Below are positions 35,905 through 48,980 of a DNA stretch of 64,000 nucleotides, piece after piece; position 1 is the stretch's first letter; the number at the start of each line of letters is the position of its first letter. This DNA is from Tubulanus polymorphus (Eukaryota > Animalia > Nemertea), in NCBI RefSeq assembly GCF_964204645.1, contig NC_134025.1:31600299-31664298 (forward strand), given 5' to 3'. The notes below the pieces were generated by a model, which searched no databases, was not told the origin of the DNA, and was given only the letters and a program-made list of their open reading frames with translations. A program made the translations under genes and the position numbers.

Positions 35905-36516
35905 CACAGCCCCAGGAGCACCCGGCCGTATAGTCGGGTAAAATAACTGGTACCGCCCCGGGACGATCAGATATTGGAAGAAAGAATGGTCGAGGGGTAC
36001 AGAGGCTCCAGGGTTAGACCCAGGTTACAGATACACAATTAGTTTTTGCTCCTCTACAATAGTAAAATGGACACAACAATATTTCAATATTTTCCAGTAA
36101 TTCCAGCTTGATTCGGATTTTGTCTTCAGAAAACATACAGTATGGGATATTAACGGGAGCTCAGAGTTTAACGGTTTCCAGCTCAGTAACCGTCAGTATC
36201 AATGGTCGAGTTTTAACGGACATTTTAAGCACACAAGCCCAAACCTATATAGCTGAATCATATCTGAAATTCTGAACACAAAGTACAAATTGTGATTCAT
36301 CGTCGAATGTGCGCATAAAACAAGGTTTTTTTCAAATCTTATTATCCGTTCATCAGGTTTAAGTGTGCAGGTTATTGTACTCTTCAGAATCCTTGATTCA
36401 CAGAATAAAAAGAATTAGTAAATAAAAAAGTGAAAAGTTAAATCGATTTGTTGTCTGTCTGTAGTCTATATGTGTGTATATGTATAGCCCCTCACTGAGC
36501 GTCGATACTGCGGTAT

Positions 36517-36680
36517 GCGCCCCCTGGTGACATCTGGAAGATTTAATCCGTTTAATCTTGCTGTAGACCGATTCCTGGGATTATAAACTAACAGCGCGGA
36601 ATGTGCCCCCTACCGGTCGACACGTAAATTAGAATCATTACAACTACTTTATATTCCTATAATCAGAGGCCCCCTAGTGC
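36517..36680 (-). promoter_or_regulatory. Cluster of three co-oriented CTCF-like motifs
   Basis: Minus strand: TCACCAGGGGGCGC, CCGGTAGGGGGCAC, GCACTAGGGGGCC. Confidence 0.5.
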
Positions 36681-36898
36681 GAAACGACCGAACTAAATCT
36701 GTACCGGGAATTTTTAACTATACGGGGTTCACGGTTACAGAGCAGGGGGTCCATCGGGCTGTTGGTGATAACGAGTAACCAGGTACGGAAACCTCGAGTC
36801 ACGTGACACTTACAGTAAACACCTGCATCGATGAACTGAAGAAGTTAAGTGTTCATCAGATTGATTTCTGAAGGAGTGACAGTAAAGACTACATTCAC

Positions 36899-37545
36899 CA
36901 GGAGTCAGTCCCACAATCTAGGAGTCAGTCCCACAATCTAGGAGCCAGTCCCACAGTCTAGGAGTCAGTCCCACAATATAGGAGTCAGTCCCACAATCTA
37001 GGAGCCAGTCCCACAACCCAGGAGCCAGTCCCACAACCCAGGAACCAGTCCCACAACCCAGGAGCCAGTCCCACAATCCAGGAGCCAGTCCCACAATATA
37101 GGAGCCAGTCCCACAATATAGGAGCCAGTCCCACAATATAGGAGCCAGTGCCACAACCCAGGAACCAGTCCCACAATCTAGGAGCCAGTCCCACAATCTA
37201 GGAGCCAGTCCCACAATATAGGAGCCAGTCCCACAATCTAGGAGCCAGTCCCACAATATAGGAGCCAGTCCCACAATCTAGGAGCCAGTCCCACAATCTA
37301 GGAGCCAGTCCCACAATCTAGGAGCCAGTCCCACAATCCAGGAGGCAGTCCCACACTCTAGGAGCCAGTCCCACAATCTAGGAGCCAGTCCCACAATCTA
37401 GGGGCCAGTCCCACAATCTAGGGGCCAGTCCCACACTCTAGGAGCCAGTCCCACAATCTAGGAGCCAGTCCCACACTCTAGGAGCCAGTCCCACACTCTA
37501 GGAGCCAGTACCACAATCCAGAAGCCACTCCCACAGTCCAGGGGG
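36899..37545. repeat. 20-bp minisatellite GGAGCCAGTCCCACAATCTA, ~32 copies
   Basis: Tandem units; the reverse complement (TTGTGGGACTGGCTCC) resembles the MITE-terminus motif CTGTGGAACTGG.TCC. Confidence 0.96.
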
Positions 37546-39129
37546 GCAGTTCGACAGTACAGAGGAGCCGACCCTATAGTTTTCCAGCCTGACCCCTTAT
37601 TCCTGAAGCCAGTGTCACAGTTCAACAGTGAAATCGGGTGCAGGATCTATTTGAATTTAATCAACTTTTGAGTAACATTGAACCATTGCAAACCTGATCA
37701 TTCTATTGTAGGAAACAAAGGGTTGTTTATATTCTAAACATTTGTTCCTGGTTATCTTCGATCTAAACCGCAAAATGAATCAGTTAAAAACCGCTGATAA
37801 TTACGGAGAGATTTAAAAACTGCGATACAATTCAATATTCTATTTCGATCGATAAAATCAACACCGGTTTACGGCCCAACCGGATGTGACGTGGATTAAG
37901 AAAATATTTGCGCGCTAACAATGTGCGAGACGCTTACTGCGGCAACTGAGGATGACATGTATTTTCATATTTCACACAACGAAAACAGTTAAACAGTTTT
38001 GCTGTTATTGCTGCATCTATTCGACTGAGAACACAGTTAACACACTGAGGAAACAAGTAAACTCATCTCTCAACTCGAATCCAATCAAAACTCGAAACTC
38101 CGTTCAACTCAGCGAATGTTGACATTTTTCTTCTGTCTCCTAATGTTAAACCATACATTTAAATTCACTTTACTCGACTCGCTCGAACTGTTTTTTAACC
38201 GCAATTATGTTCAAACTCCTTCGTTGATTTTTGTTCTGGTCCCAATGAATTCTAGTTGAACGGATCGAGTCAACTGGTTGATCCAACGTTCCGCGTGTTG
38301 TCGGTTAACTTGGACTTCAGTTAAAATTAGTTCATTTTCGACAAGTTCTAATTGAGCTCAACTCGATACAACTATCGGACTGAGTCGACAGTTACTTCCG
38401 TAAGAGATGACCTCATTGTCGATGTTTCAGCTAAGTCAAATCTCACGTGGATGAAACTCTGCGCTGCGTCCAGGATCCACAATAAACTCAGAAATTACCC
38501 GAGCTGCCAACTGCGCGACTGTGACACAAATCAATCATATAATTTAAGACCAGTCATCGAATTGAGACCACTTGTGTTTGAAGAGTCTGGACTGCGCAAC
38601 TTTTTTGCTCAGTTCCTAAAAAGGACCTATATTAGACATGTGACCGGAACCAGGTATTATGTGGGTTCGAGTCCCTTGTCTTTCGTCATAACTTAGTTCA
38701 TCGATGAACCCGGAGATGGCGCTCATTTTCCAAAAAAACTAGTTTAGAGTAAAAGAGTTATATTATTAATCTAATTTAGTCTCGCGTTCGTGTTAATAGA
38801 TGGCGTATGTGTGTCTGGATTAGAGTTCACCAGGTACAGCTTATAGAAAACTCGACAATAATTAAAAACAATTTGTAGTTGGGCTAATCAGTGATTGACA
38901 GCTGAAACTGGCGGGACAACCGCTGATAGAGAAACAGTTTCCGGCATTTTGTAATTACAGTCAAGTGACTCAAGTGCGCGTTCGCTGTACACAGAACACC
39001 ACACAGAGCTCATTGCGCCGAGCTATGAATATAAACTCGATTGCCAGGGCTCGTTTCACATCGTTCAGTAGATTCATATTCTATATCGACGATAATGATG
39101 CCATCATATTTTCCGACCCGATCATGAAT

Positions 39130-39350
39130 TCAGGTGGATATATTATCCACATTCCTCCTTACAAGGTGGATATATTATCCACATGTCTCCAAGGTGGATA
39201 TCCGCATCCTTCTTAGGTGGTGGATATATCCAAATTCTTCCAAAGTGGATTTCTACGGTGGATATTAGTCCACATTCGCGGTGGATATATTACCCACATG
39301 CTTCCAAGGTGGATATATTATCCACATGTCTCCAAGGTGGATATATCCAC
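39130..39350. repeat. Array of short hairpin units GTGGATA..TATCCAC
   Basis: ~7 degenerate units AAGGTGGATATATTATCCACAT. Confidence 0.8.
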
Positions 39351-42284
39351 AGCTATTAGACTATTAGGATATAGTCGAAACGTTGAATAAACTACTATCT
39401 CGAAGTTTTCATTTTCGGACTTTTTATTATCATTGTGGGATTCTCTCCTCATCGCGTCAACACGGATATTGTGTTCTACCTATCGTGATCCACAGCTCAC
39501 TCCACGACCCGGCCGTATCCTTGTACTTGGGATAAATTGTTATCCCTGTGGTTCGACACCGAAGATACGTCTGTATGGGGTGCCAGTTTTATCCACCGAG
39601 ATCCACTTCCACAGTTCGTTAGATATAGTTAATTAGTTCATTTCCAATAAACCCAGAATGAGATGAGTGTGAATTGTAAAACTGGATCCAGCAGTGCTCT
39701 ATCTAACCATCAAAACCGATCAAATAACTCACTTTAAACCAATCTTACGATTTAAAACTACCTTAGACTTAAGCCATGATTATAATACAAATATCGAAGA
39801 GTGTAAGTTTTAGTCGGATTTATAATATACGTCAGTGACCTCTATAATCGCTCATTGAAATTACAACATAATTATTTGATTAAAAATACATTGCAATACG
39901 TGGATCAGTCACATCCGCATTCTCGGGTCCTGGCTATTTTTGTGAGTGCTGCTAACCGGAAGTGAAAGGATTCGCCCCCTATCGCTTTATCGAGGCATCG
40001 TGAATTCCAAATATAAAACAAACATTTGTCAATAATGGATGAAATGAATTCTAGAGAAAACAACAGACATCAGTTCTCTACAGAGCTCCATCCAACTGTC
40101 GATATCGACTATATTGGAATTTACAGAATATACACTCAACTGAACCTTGCTGTGTGTGTCACGTGTCATCCTCGAGCTTTCCTGCTAAAAGTTTTTATTT
40201 TATTGACAATGACCTTTACATGGTCACGTGATATAGCGAGCTCATCTCCGAGCTTGTCTCAAATAGAAACAATAAAAACTGCATTCGATTTTTAAAACTT
40301 TTATTTCCATTAGCTACAATGTTTCATCGCAATGTAACTGAAAAGTTACAGTATCTATAAATATATTTTATGTAATAAGTTATTGCGGTCCTACAACTAT
40401 GAATTCACAATATTGGGAATTTAGTTACAAAGTCTCAACAACAAGTTAAATTGTATCTGAATGGAATATTACAAATTACAGCCAGTTTTATTACAATTCA
40501 TTTCAGATATTAACAATAAGTATAGGGCTCTAACAAAGTCACACAAAATATAAGTCGCAAAGGTAAAATCCTCATCGCTAAAACCCGGATCAAAAAATCA
40601 ATAGGATTATCATGCACCATGTATTTATAGGTATCTATCTTATTTTATTATATGTTATTTGAACAGACAAAGAAACAAGTTTTATATTACCTTATACCAT
40701 CAGACCCTAAACCTCCCTCAACACGTCGAGTATGGCAGACAATAAATCTGTAGCGAGGCCCCATTAGGCTATTCTCTCTAAGCGTACCCCTACAGGGCAT
40801 TGTATTTTTGTAGTCTGCCTCGGGCAAATGTGGCGCCTCGGGGAGAATAGAAAAAATATGAACTATCGACCAAAAAATCTCTCGATTCTTGTTGGATTCA
40901 AAAATAAACCTAGTTACAACAGTTTTATATCGTTTCAGATTGTGACGAGTCTCAGAAATACGTGGTCAAACGAAACCGCGCTCATTGGAGTAGCATTTAT
41001 TCAAAATCATCGTTTCATCAATTACAAGAAAATACAAGTTTATTTACGTACAAAATTTCAGTAATAATACAGTGGCAAAAAGAAAGGATGAGTCGAGTCT
41101 ACTCTACAAATCGCAGAATGTGATATCTCATTGTGAATATATCAAGATTACTGGACACCTGATCCACACTTTCTTCCCCTCTTCCCCTCTCCACTCTCCA
41201 CTCTCTAAGACTGTGACTCGTCTCTCGGGCTCTCGAACCTGTGTTTGTACGAGATGCTACCAGGAGAAAAGGACAAAAGTGAAGAGAACTTAAGGACCGG
41301 GTTCGGTTAGAGATGTTTTAATGATGCTCTCCCCTCGTTCTCGATGAGGCCGAACACGAGTTACTACTGCATTCTCTCCGCAACCAGACAATGGTTTCTA
41401 TTGAATGAGGTTTGATTGTTTCGGTGTTAGTAACGTCGTGTCTAGGGAGACAGCGTCACAGCGCCTAGTTTAACTCTATTGTTGCCTCTTAATGGACCTA
41501 TTATTGCCGGGGCCTGCGCGGGTTTTACACTATTGGTCAAGTATCCTGACGAATAGAAATGCACAGATACAGTCGAATCGACGAAATAACTGGGTCATAA
41601 CTATCGTGCCAGTCTGCCAGCCTGCTAGCCTGTCACCCTACCATCCTGTTAGCCTGTCACCCTGCTAGCCATACTGCCAACCCGGTCAACCAGTCACCAA
41701 ATTAGCTTGTTACCGCACCAGCCCATCTATCGCGGAGTAACTGAGCCAGTCTATTGACCAGTCCAGACAGGGTGACAGGGTGAAATGTTATGTTGCGGTA
41801 TGTACCCTTTGCCCCGCACCCCTACACGCAGATCTCACACGTGTATTGACATATATAGAAGGCCTGGTTATTGCCCACAACAACTGAACACTTCAAACTG
41901 AGACAACACGAAATTCAATCCCTACTTTACAAATACAAGAGGTTTCACTTTAGTGATTTAGTTTCTCTCTCTGAAGAGTGGCCTCCGCTGTTCTGTGAAA
42001 ATAACCATTTAATACCTGGCCATTCACAATTACAAATAGCTGTCATTAAACTGACAATGGTTGAACTGACAGGTCATTATTGTGACGACCTGGTAACGTG
42101 TCCCATTGTTGACAACTTATACTTGAATTTCACATTAATTATGAATTACATTTTACCAACACCTGACATTAGTTTAAATTTCATTGGTTTAAAATTACAC
42201 CCATAATAAACCCTTAAATATACGTAGATCTAATTCAATCAATGTCTCGCTGTCACTTTTATTTGACACAGAGTTTAAACACAC

Positions 42285-42450
42285 CAGCGACACCTGGCGT
42301 CACCCAACAGAAGTTACTAGATCAAATGCTAGGGGGCGCACTATCTGTTGTTATGTTAAATTAATGTTAAGATTCCTTTTCCCGATTGTCTACGTTTATT
42401 TAGCATAGCGACACCTAGCGGCCCCTAAAGGAGTTACCACCAGGGGGCGT
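42285..42450. promoter_or_regulatory. Cluster of four CTCF-like motifs in two divergent pairs
   Basis: CAGCGACACCTGGCG(-), TGCTAGGGGGCGCA(+), AGCGACACCTAGCGG(-), CCACCAGGGGGCGT(+). Confidence 0.5.
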
Positions 42451-43079
42451 ACTGTCGTGTAAATGATTTTGAACATAAACGCTGGATTTGTCACAATGTT
42501 GCCAATAGTAACGCAACAATAATGGACGGGAATGTACCGGTCACGTGTTATTTTGTTTGAAGCTTTGAAGTCTGTTTGCTTGAACCTGAAATGTTTAAAT
42601 GTACCCTTCACGATCAGTGAGGAGCCCGTAGCTTGGGAGCAGGAAGACCCCCGGTATTTACACCACGCGCGGTAGCAGCAGTTGCAGCGATTCTGTCATC
42701 AAAAGAAGCTTGAAGCTGCTTGAAGCTGCTGGATGGTGAAAGTACATCCCGTGAATTCAGTGAAGCGAATTAAATAAATATTAAACTAGTGAAAATGTTT
42801 GAACTCAACGCAAACATTCCTCACTTCAAAACTCATGCGTCACTTCCGGCGTTGACTGACGTGTACGCATGCGCAGTCGTTGGATGATGAAACACACTTA
42901 GATAACACTGCGAATAATAGGATGATACCAGACGATTGATTTATCGATTGATTTTCAGAATATTCTCGAATTCATTGTGTTCATCATTTTTTTTACAATA
43001 TATGATGATCAGGGTTTAACAGCCTGAAGGGTGGAACACACTGTAGTGTGTCATTGATTCCAGTAAACCCTGCTCTGTA

Positions 43080-43111
<32 letters not shown>

Positions 43112-46051
43112 ATCCCTCTCTTAGTTCGGTGACAAATATACCTGATAAAATAGTTTCGTCGATGTTATTATTCGGTATGTTAATGGTTTTTGTATGTCCT
43201 CTATCTACGAATCGATATTCGGAGGTTATAAAATGTGGACGCGCGGGTCTCGACAGACGAGGAGATGATGCACAGATTATTCCTCATTTATCAATAACAG
43301 AACTAAACCGTTAAAAAATAAACACGCGCGCGCGTGCGCACCCCGCGTAAACTAGTCTGTCTGGACTCCTCCGAGCGTTACATCTCAATTATTCATAATT
43401 GCCATAGCGACCATTGTTGAAAAAGCGACTCAAAAAAACGAGTTTGTGACAAATTCAAAATGAAGGCAGAATCGATAAATGTATACCGTCTCAGACACAC
43501 AGACAGACACACAGACAGACGAATCGGTGTCGGCTTTTATATGTTTTTTTTCTTGATGTGATAGTTTGAAGAGATTTGCTGCTTACATGCACCAGGGCCA
43601 TCCAGTTACACAGTTCCAGTTCCACTGAATTATCAGCCAAACTCGGATAAGTCAACATTTGGATAAGTTGTCACATTACTGAAGTTATCTCTATTTTTTC
43701 AATTATCAACATAATATAATCATCACAAATGCGACTATAGCGAATGTCACTATCCAGGTGGAACTGTGTGGAACTGCGTGGAACTGTGTGGAACTGCGTG
43801 GAACTGCGTGGAACTGGTGGTGGAACTATAAGGATTGGATCGTTTAGACTCAGACAATAATATTATTGTCATTTCGCCATCCATTCTCTACAGCACAAAA
43901 ATGCACCAATGACCCGGCGTTTAGTTAATAGAAACCCGAACAATTACTCATAATAGACGAAATTGGTTTCGTAAATTAGGAAGGCGGAGAGAAGTGCAAT
44001 TACAAGCAATAACAGGTCAACAATAAACTCTATAGACACGATTATTATACAAATGTATATAATAGGAATTCACTTTCCCAAACTACAGCTATAGTAGCTA
44101 CTATAGCTGTAGTTTGTTGGAGGCCCGTCTAAATCCCAGGGCATCTTAGATCAAACTCTCAAAATTATGAGTGTCCCTTTGTTTTAAGGACATTTTATGA
44201 CCCTGGAAAAAGCTTTTTTCCAATGAAAAGGTCAGCGGCATCTTCATGACCCTCAGATTGTACCCTTGGGGAACCCCTCTTCCAATTTAACTGATCGACT
44301 TTTTTAAGAATTGTAACCAGTGCTATGTTGTTTGTTTGCGAGTGCATTCAGACGCGTTTTTTACGCATCTGTTAATTTAGTTGTATTTTCCCACTCTTTC
44401 TACTCTGTTGGAAGCTGGTTTATGATACTGCGGGCTAGGTTTAGGGCTCATGCCGTTATTCTACCGTTGAACTAGTACATCACCAGCAGGGTGGATGTAA
44501 CATACTCGTTATATTTAGACCATTAGACCGAAGAACCCCTATAGGTTCACTTAGACCTGCCGTCAAATAATCCTTTTTGAATATAGCTTTCTATTTCTCT
44601 CTCTATCTCTCTTTCCTCGTGAAAACCATTTCTCATGTTCAAAAAATCAACTTCATACAGCCTGTTACTCTGTCACATCCAGTCCCTTCCTTAGACACTC
44701 AATATTCTATCACCATTTTGACAACTTCAGAACTTCACCTGAGACATTTTCGATTTAAGATTAACCACAAACACCAGCCATCAGCACACTTTCAAAAACT
44801 GTTCGTCCAAAACTAATAATATGAAAACTATTTATACTTATAAACTTATATACTTTAATGATGATTATCGGCAAGGTGCGAGTTCCAGGCTGCAGCAAGG
44901 TGCGAGTTCCAGGCTCCAGATTGATACCAGGCATTAGTCAAGTCTGTGACATCAGTGGAATCGATTGACACCTAACTGTTAATGGACACGTGATAATGAC
45001 GTGTAGGCATCATTACAGAGATAACCACATGTCGCCATAGCGGCCATCTTTAATGGTATAAAAATCCACGACTGGACCAAATTAGAGTCTGCACGTTTTC
45101 AATGAGAATGTTTTGGATTGGATTCACCGAATTGGGTCCCATTAGCAGACGAGACTGGTGACAGACGACAGATGTACGGGTAACAAAGCACTACCTATCA
45201 CCCCCGGAATTCGTCTTTAGTTGGACTGAACCGGACGTGATTGACAGAAATCGTGCGTTCATTTTGTGGTAATCATTTTTGTCCCCGCCCAAGTGATTAC
45301 TGATCGAGCACAGGCCGCCGCACCGACCGTCTGCCAGTCACTTCATAAATCCGCATTATAACACACTACACCAGATTTAATATACTCCAAGAGTACGCGC
45401 AGGTCTATATTAAAACTAGTGTGTATCCGAACTGGTTTTTGTTGAAGGGGAGACTCTCTGTGAACGAAAGACTCGGCGAATTTGAACAATCGCGCTTTTA
45501 GTAAATAGACTTCAGTATTCAATTGAAAATGGGTTTTATTGTAGTCGATTGTTACTGGTATAATAGCAGGTCACAGCTTCTTGTAATTACTAACCTATGA
45601 GGCGTAGCATGTTCACAATAGCCCCGTGAAGGGTGTTAGAACCCTACCGTTTTATATAGTGTTCCCAGCTTTTAGATTTTGGTCGGATTTCTACCTTAAA
45701 TATGTGACGGTCATTGTGTTAGGTCGGTGAGCTCAGACAATTAACTATAGACACTGTACATAATAAACGCGATATAATTGGAGTTCGTTTCGTCTAAGAT
45801 TGAAATGGTTTTAAAGAATTGAAGACAAATTGTTGTAGTTTTGTATTCGCGAATATACCACACGTTATATGTCATAGTGCGCAGACGAGAGAGAGAGAGA
45901 AAGAGAGACAAGTTATTTCTGTGTGTGTGTGTCCCAGTACAAATTGAATTCCGATAATTGCCAAGAAAACAAAAGATAAGCTGGTGCGTTCACACTCCAG
46001 TAATAACAATTTGCTGCTGGTCTCACATTCGCGAGGTATAGTAGCTGCTCC

Positions 46052-46085
<34 letters not shown>

Positions 46086-46845
46086 GCTACTGGAAATTGT
46101 AGCAAAAAATCTATTTCCATCTTATTCGAATTTTGTGCGTTTTGGTGAAAGCACTTAATTATTGGTATCGGTGCTGATGTTGTTTGAGCAGATAAAATCT
46201 ATTAGAGAGTTTGAGGTTATAGACCTCCGTGTTTGAAGAAGGGAGGTGTGGGAAGGTGCGGGGAGGTGCGGGGAGGAGGATCTACGGAAATCAGTTCATC
46301 CATTTCATCCAGTTTCAGGTGGAAAATATTAAATTAAAAAAAACACGAAACGAAGTTCATTTGGTCAAATGTTTGTCATAAAAAATGATACATGAAACAT
46401 AAACTTTCATATAGATTTGATATTGTCTCATATTTTCTGTTTGTTTCTGTCGGTAATTAGTGCTGCTACTGTTACGTTTGACCAATCAAAACTGGTGGTA
46501 GGTCACGTGTCAGTAACACGTGACAATAATGGCCGCTGATAATTGATGTCCGTTACAAACAATAGTGCAATCACCACTACATCACCTTGCCACACACCAC
46601 ACCTGCGTTTAATTATCACACACCTGAGTCTGGGTTCATTTTGTTATTAGTTTTAACAATATTCAACCTCCGCAATCCATTTCTAGTCGTAATTCATTGT
46701 TTCCATCAATAATTGGGAAATCATTACGTGATATATATTTACTATATATATACATGTGATGTTGATTTGATTGTCTTTGACATTTCTCATATGCCTCATG
46801 ATAATTTAAATTATTGTTCGTGAAAGGTATTTCAGCCTATCGTAC

Positions 46846-47105
46846 CTTTCTCCTTTTCTCTCTATTTCTCCTCTCTCCTCTTCTCTCCTTTTCTCTCTAT
46901 TTCTCCTCTCTCCTCTTCTCTCTCCTCTCTCTCTCCTTTTCTCTCCATCTCTTCTCTCTCCTCTCTCTATTTCTCCTCTCTCCTCTCTCTCCTTTTCTCT
47001 CTATTTCTCCTCTCTCCTCTCTCTCCTTTTCTCTCTATTTCTCCTCTCTCCTCTCTCTCCTTTTCTCTCCATCTCTCCTCTCTCTTCTTCTCTCTCCTCT
47101 CTCTC
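46846..47105. repeat. CT-rich simple repeat
   Basis: Degenerate (CT)n. Confidence 0.93.
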
Positions 47106-48694
47106 TGTCATCATCTCTCGTCACATTATAGATAAAAACTACTAAAATCAAATGAATTCGAATAAAAATAAATAGAATGTTATTCATTACTCTAAATACC
47201 CGGAGGCGCCCGTGACGGCAGCCACGATAGTAGTATCCACTCGTTCATTGTTCGCGTTTAGTTGAGTTTCCCGCTTAACCGGAGCCTTACAAAAAACCTT
47301 TACAAATACAAATCAGTTGGGTGGTTGTAGAACCAGGCCTGTATTATGGGTCATACAGTAGTGGCAGGTATAGCGGACTATAAGGGCAGTCTAGTAAGCC
47401 GATTACTGAGGTGTCTCCGAATCAATCCATCAATTCTTATAAATCTGTAAATCTTCCGCACGAAGCCTATAATCATCGTACAACATGAAACGTTTAAAGA
47501 AGAAACGTTTAAAGAGAATGAATTCTACCCGAAGATCGTCGGGAAACGTATAACCAAGAACATCTACTAACTTAAACTTCAAACTTCTGGTCACAAAGTT
47601 CGAGGCTCCCGATTAGAATGAGGCACAGACCTGTGATTTTGACCCACAGCTTACTGGTACCCCCTTTCAATGCTCAGATCCCAGTAAGTCTATTGGTAAA
47701 ATCCAGTTAATGAGACCATCACCTTTTAGTTACCCCATTATAAACATCTTGGTTAACACCCACAATTTTTTTGTAAGACCCCACATTGGTCAGACCCGAG
47801 TTGATAACTCAGTCTTATGGTAGTTTTCCCACTATTTCACCTTGGTTAACACCGACGGTTTATTGTAGAGACTCCGGTGTAAAATCTATTGTTAGTTGTG
47901 TCACAATATGAAGACAAGGAAGCCATAATTTACGGTATATAATTACATATGGCGGATGAATCGCTAGTTAAACCGTATTACATACCGACACCTGCGCGCA
48001 GGTGCAGCTGACATTGCCGCGGGGCGATACTCGCTTACCACAGTACGTGTCACAAGCAGCAAATAATTCTACATCCGGACCGGAAGTAGTCGTTACGTAA
48101 TGAACAGCACGCGAACAAATAGAAAGAAATCGATACATTTTTCACGTATAGAAGAGTATAGAACGTGGTGTACCCTGGCAGGCGAGGTTACCCTGGCAGG
48201 CGATGTTACTCGAAAATAGAATTGCGATGTAATAAAGTCTAAATTTGTTTGAACTAAGGTCAAGGCCAGTGTCGTACTGTGTTGTTTTAAAACAGCAGAT
48301 TTACGAATCGATAAAACTATCCACGAGTTTTATATGAAACTAGGGCGTTTACACGTGTAGACAGCAGTAGTGTGAATGTCTCAGGTGTATCAGTTCAATG
48401 TCGAATATAGAATGTCGTATGTCGAATATAGATCGTATCAGTTTAACATTGACGATTCCATCTCTCCCTGATAATTACTCAGCTAAGAGCTTTGTGCATA
48501 GTGAAAGTTGCTGCTTTCTGTCATAATTGAGCGGGAAAAAGGATTTTTTGCCCAAGGCACCGACAACACACAGTGACTGGTGCCGAGCTACATCGAGCTG
48601 CTGAATGAGTACCGGTTTACTGATGTCGATCTGTAAGATCGAACAATGTTGATATACCATCGTCATATAGATTGCGACAACATATATATCTACT

Positions 48695-48980
48695 CAGCCT
48701 CACAACCTCGCATTCTACCCCTAGCCTCACAACCTCGCATTCCCCACCCCCCCCAGCCTCACAACCTCGCATTACCCCCAGCCTCACAACCTCGCATTCT
48801 ACCCAGCCTCACAACCTCGCATTACCCCCAGCCTCACAACCTCGCATTCCCCCCCCCCCAGCCTCACAACCTCGCATTCCCCTCAGCCTCACCTCCAAGT
48901 CTCCCAGCTTTACAGTCTCACAGTCTCACAACCTCGCATTCTACCCCCAGCCTCACAACCTCGCTGTCTCAGCCTCACAG
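48695..48980. repeat. ~25-bp minisatellite CAGCCTCACAACCTCGCATT(C/A)CCCC
   Basis: ~10 degenerate tandem units. Confidence 0.9.

Noticed and set aside
41971-42005. Other CTGANGA...GAAA hammerhead-like strings (also ~19446, ~37946, ~41546, ~36330 minus)
   Set aside because: No stem II pairing or impossible spacing.
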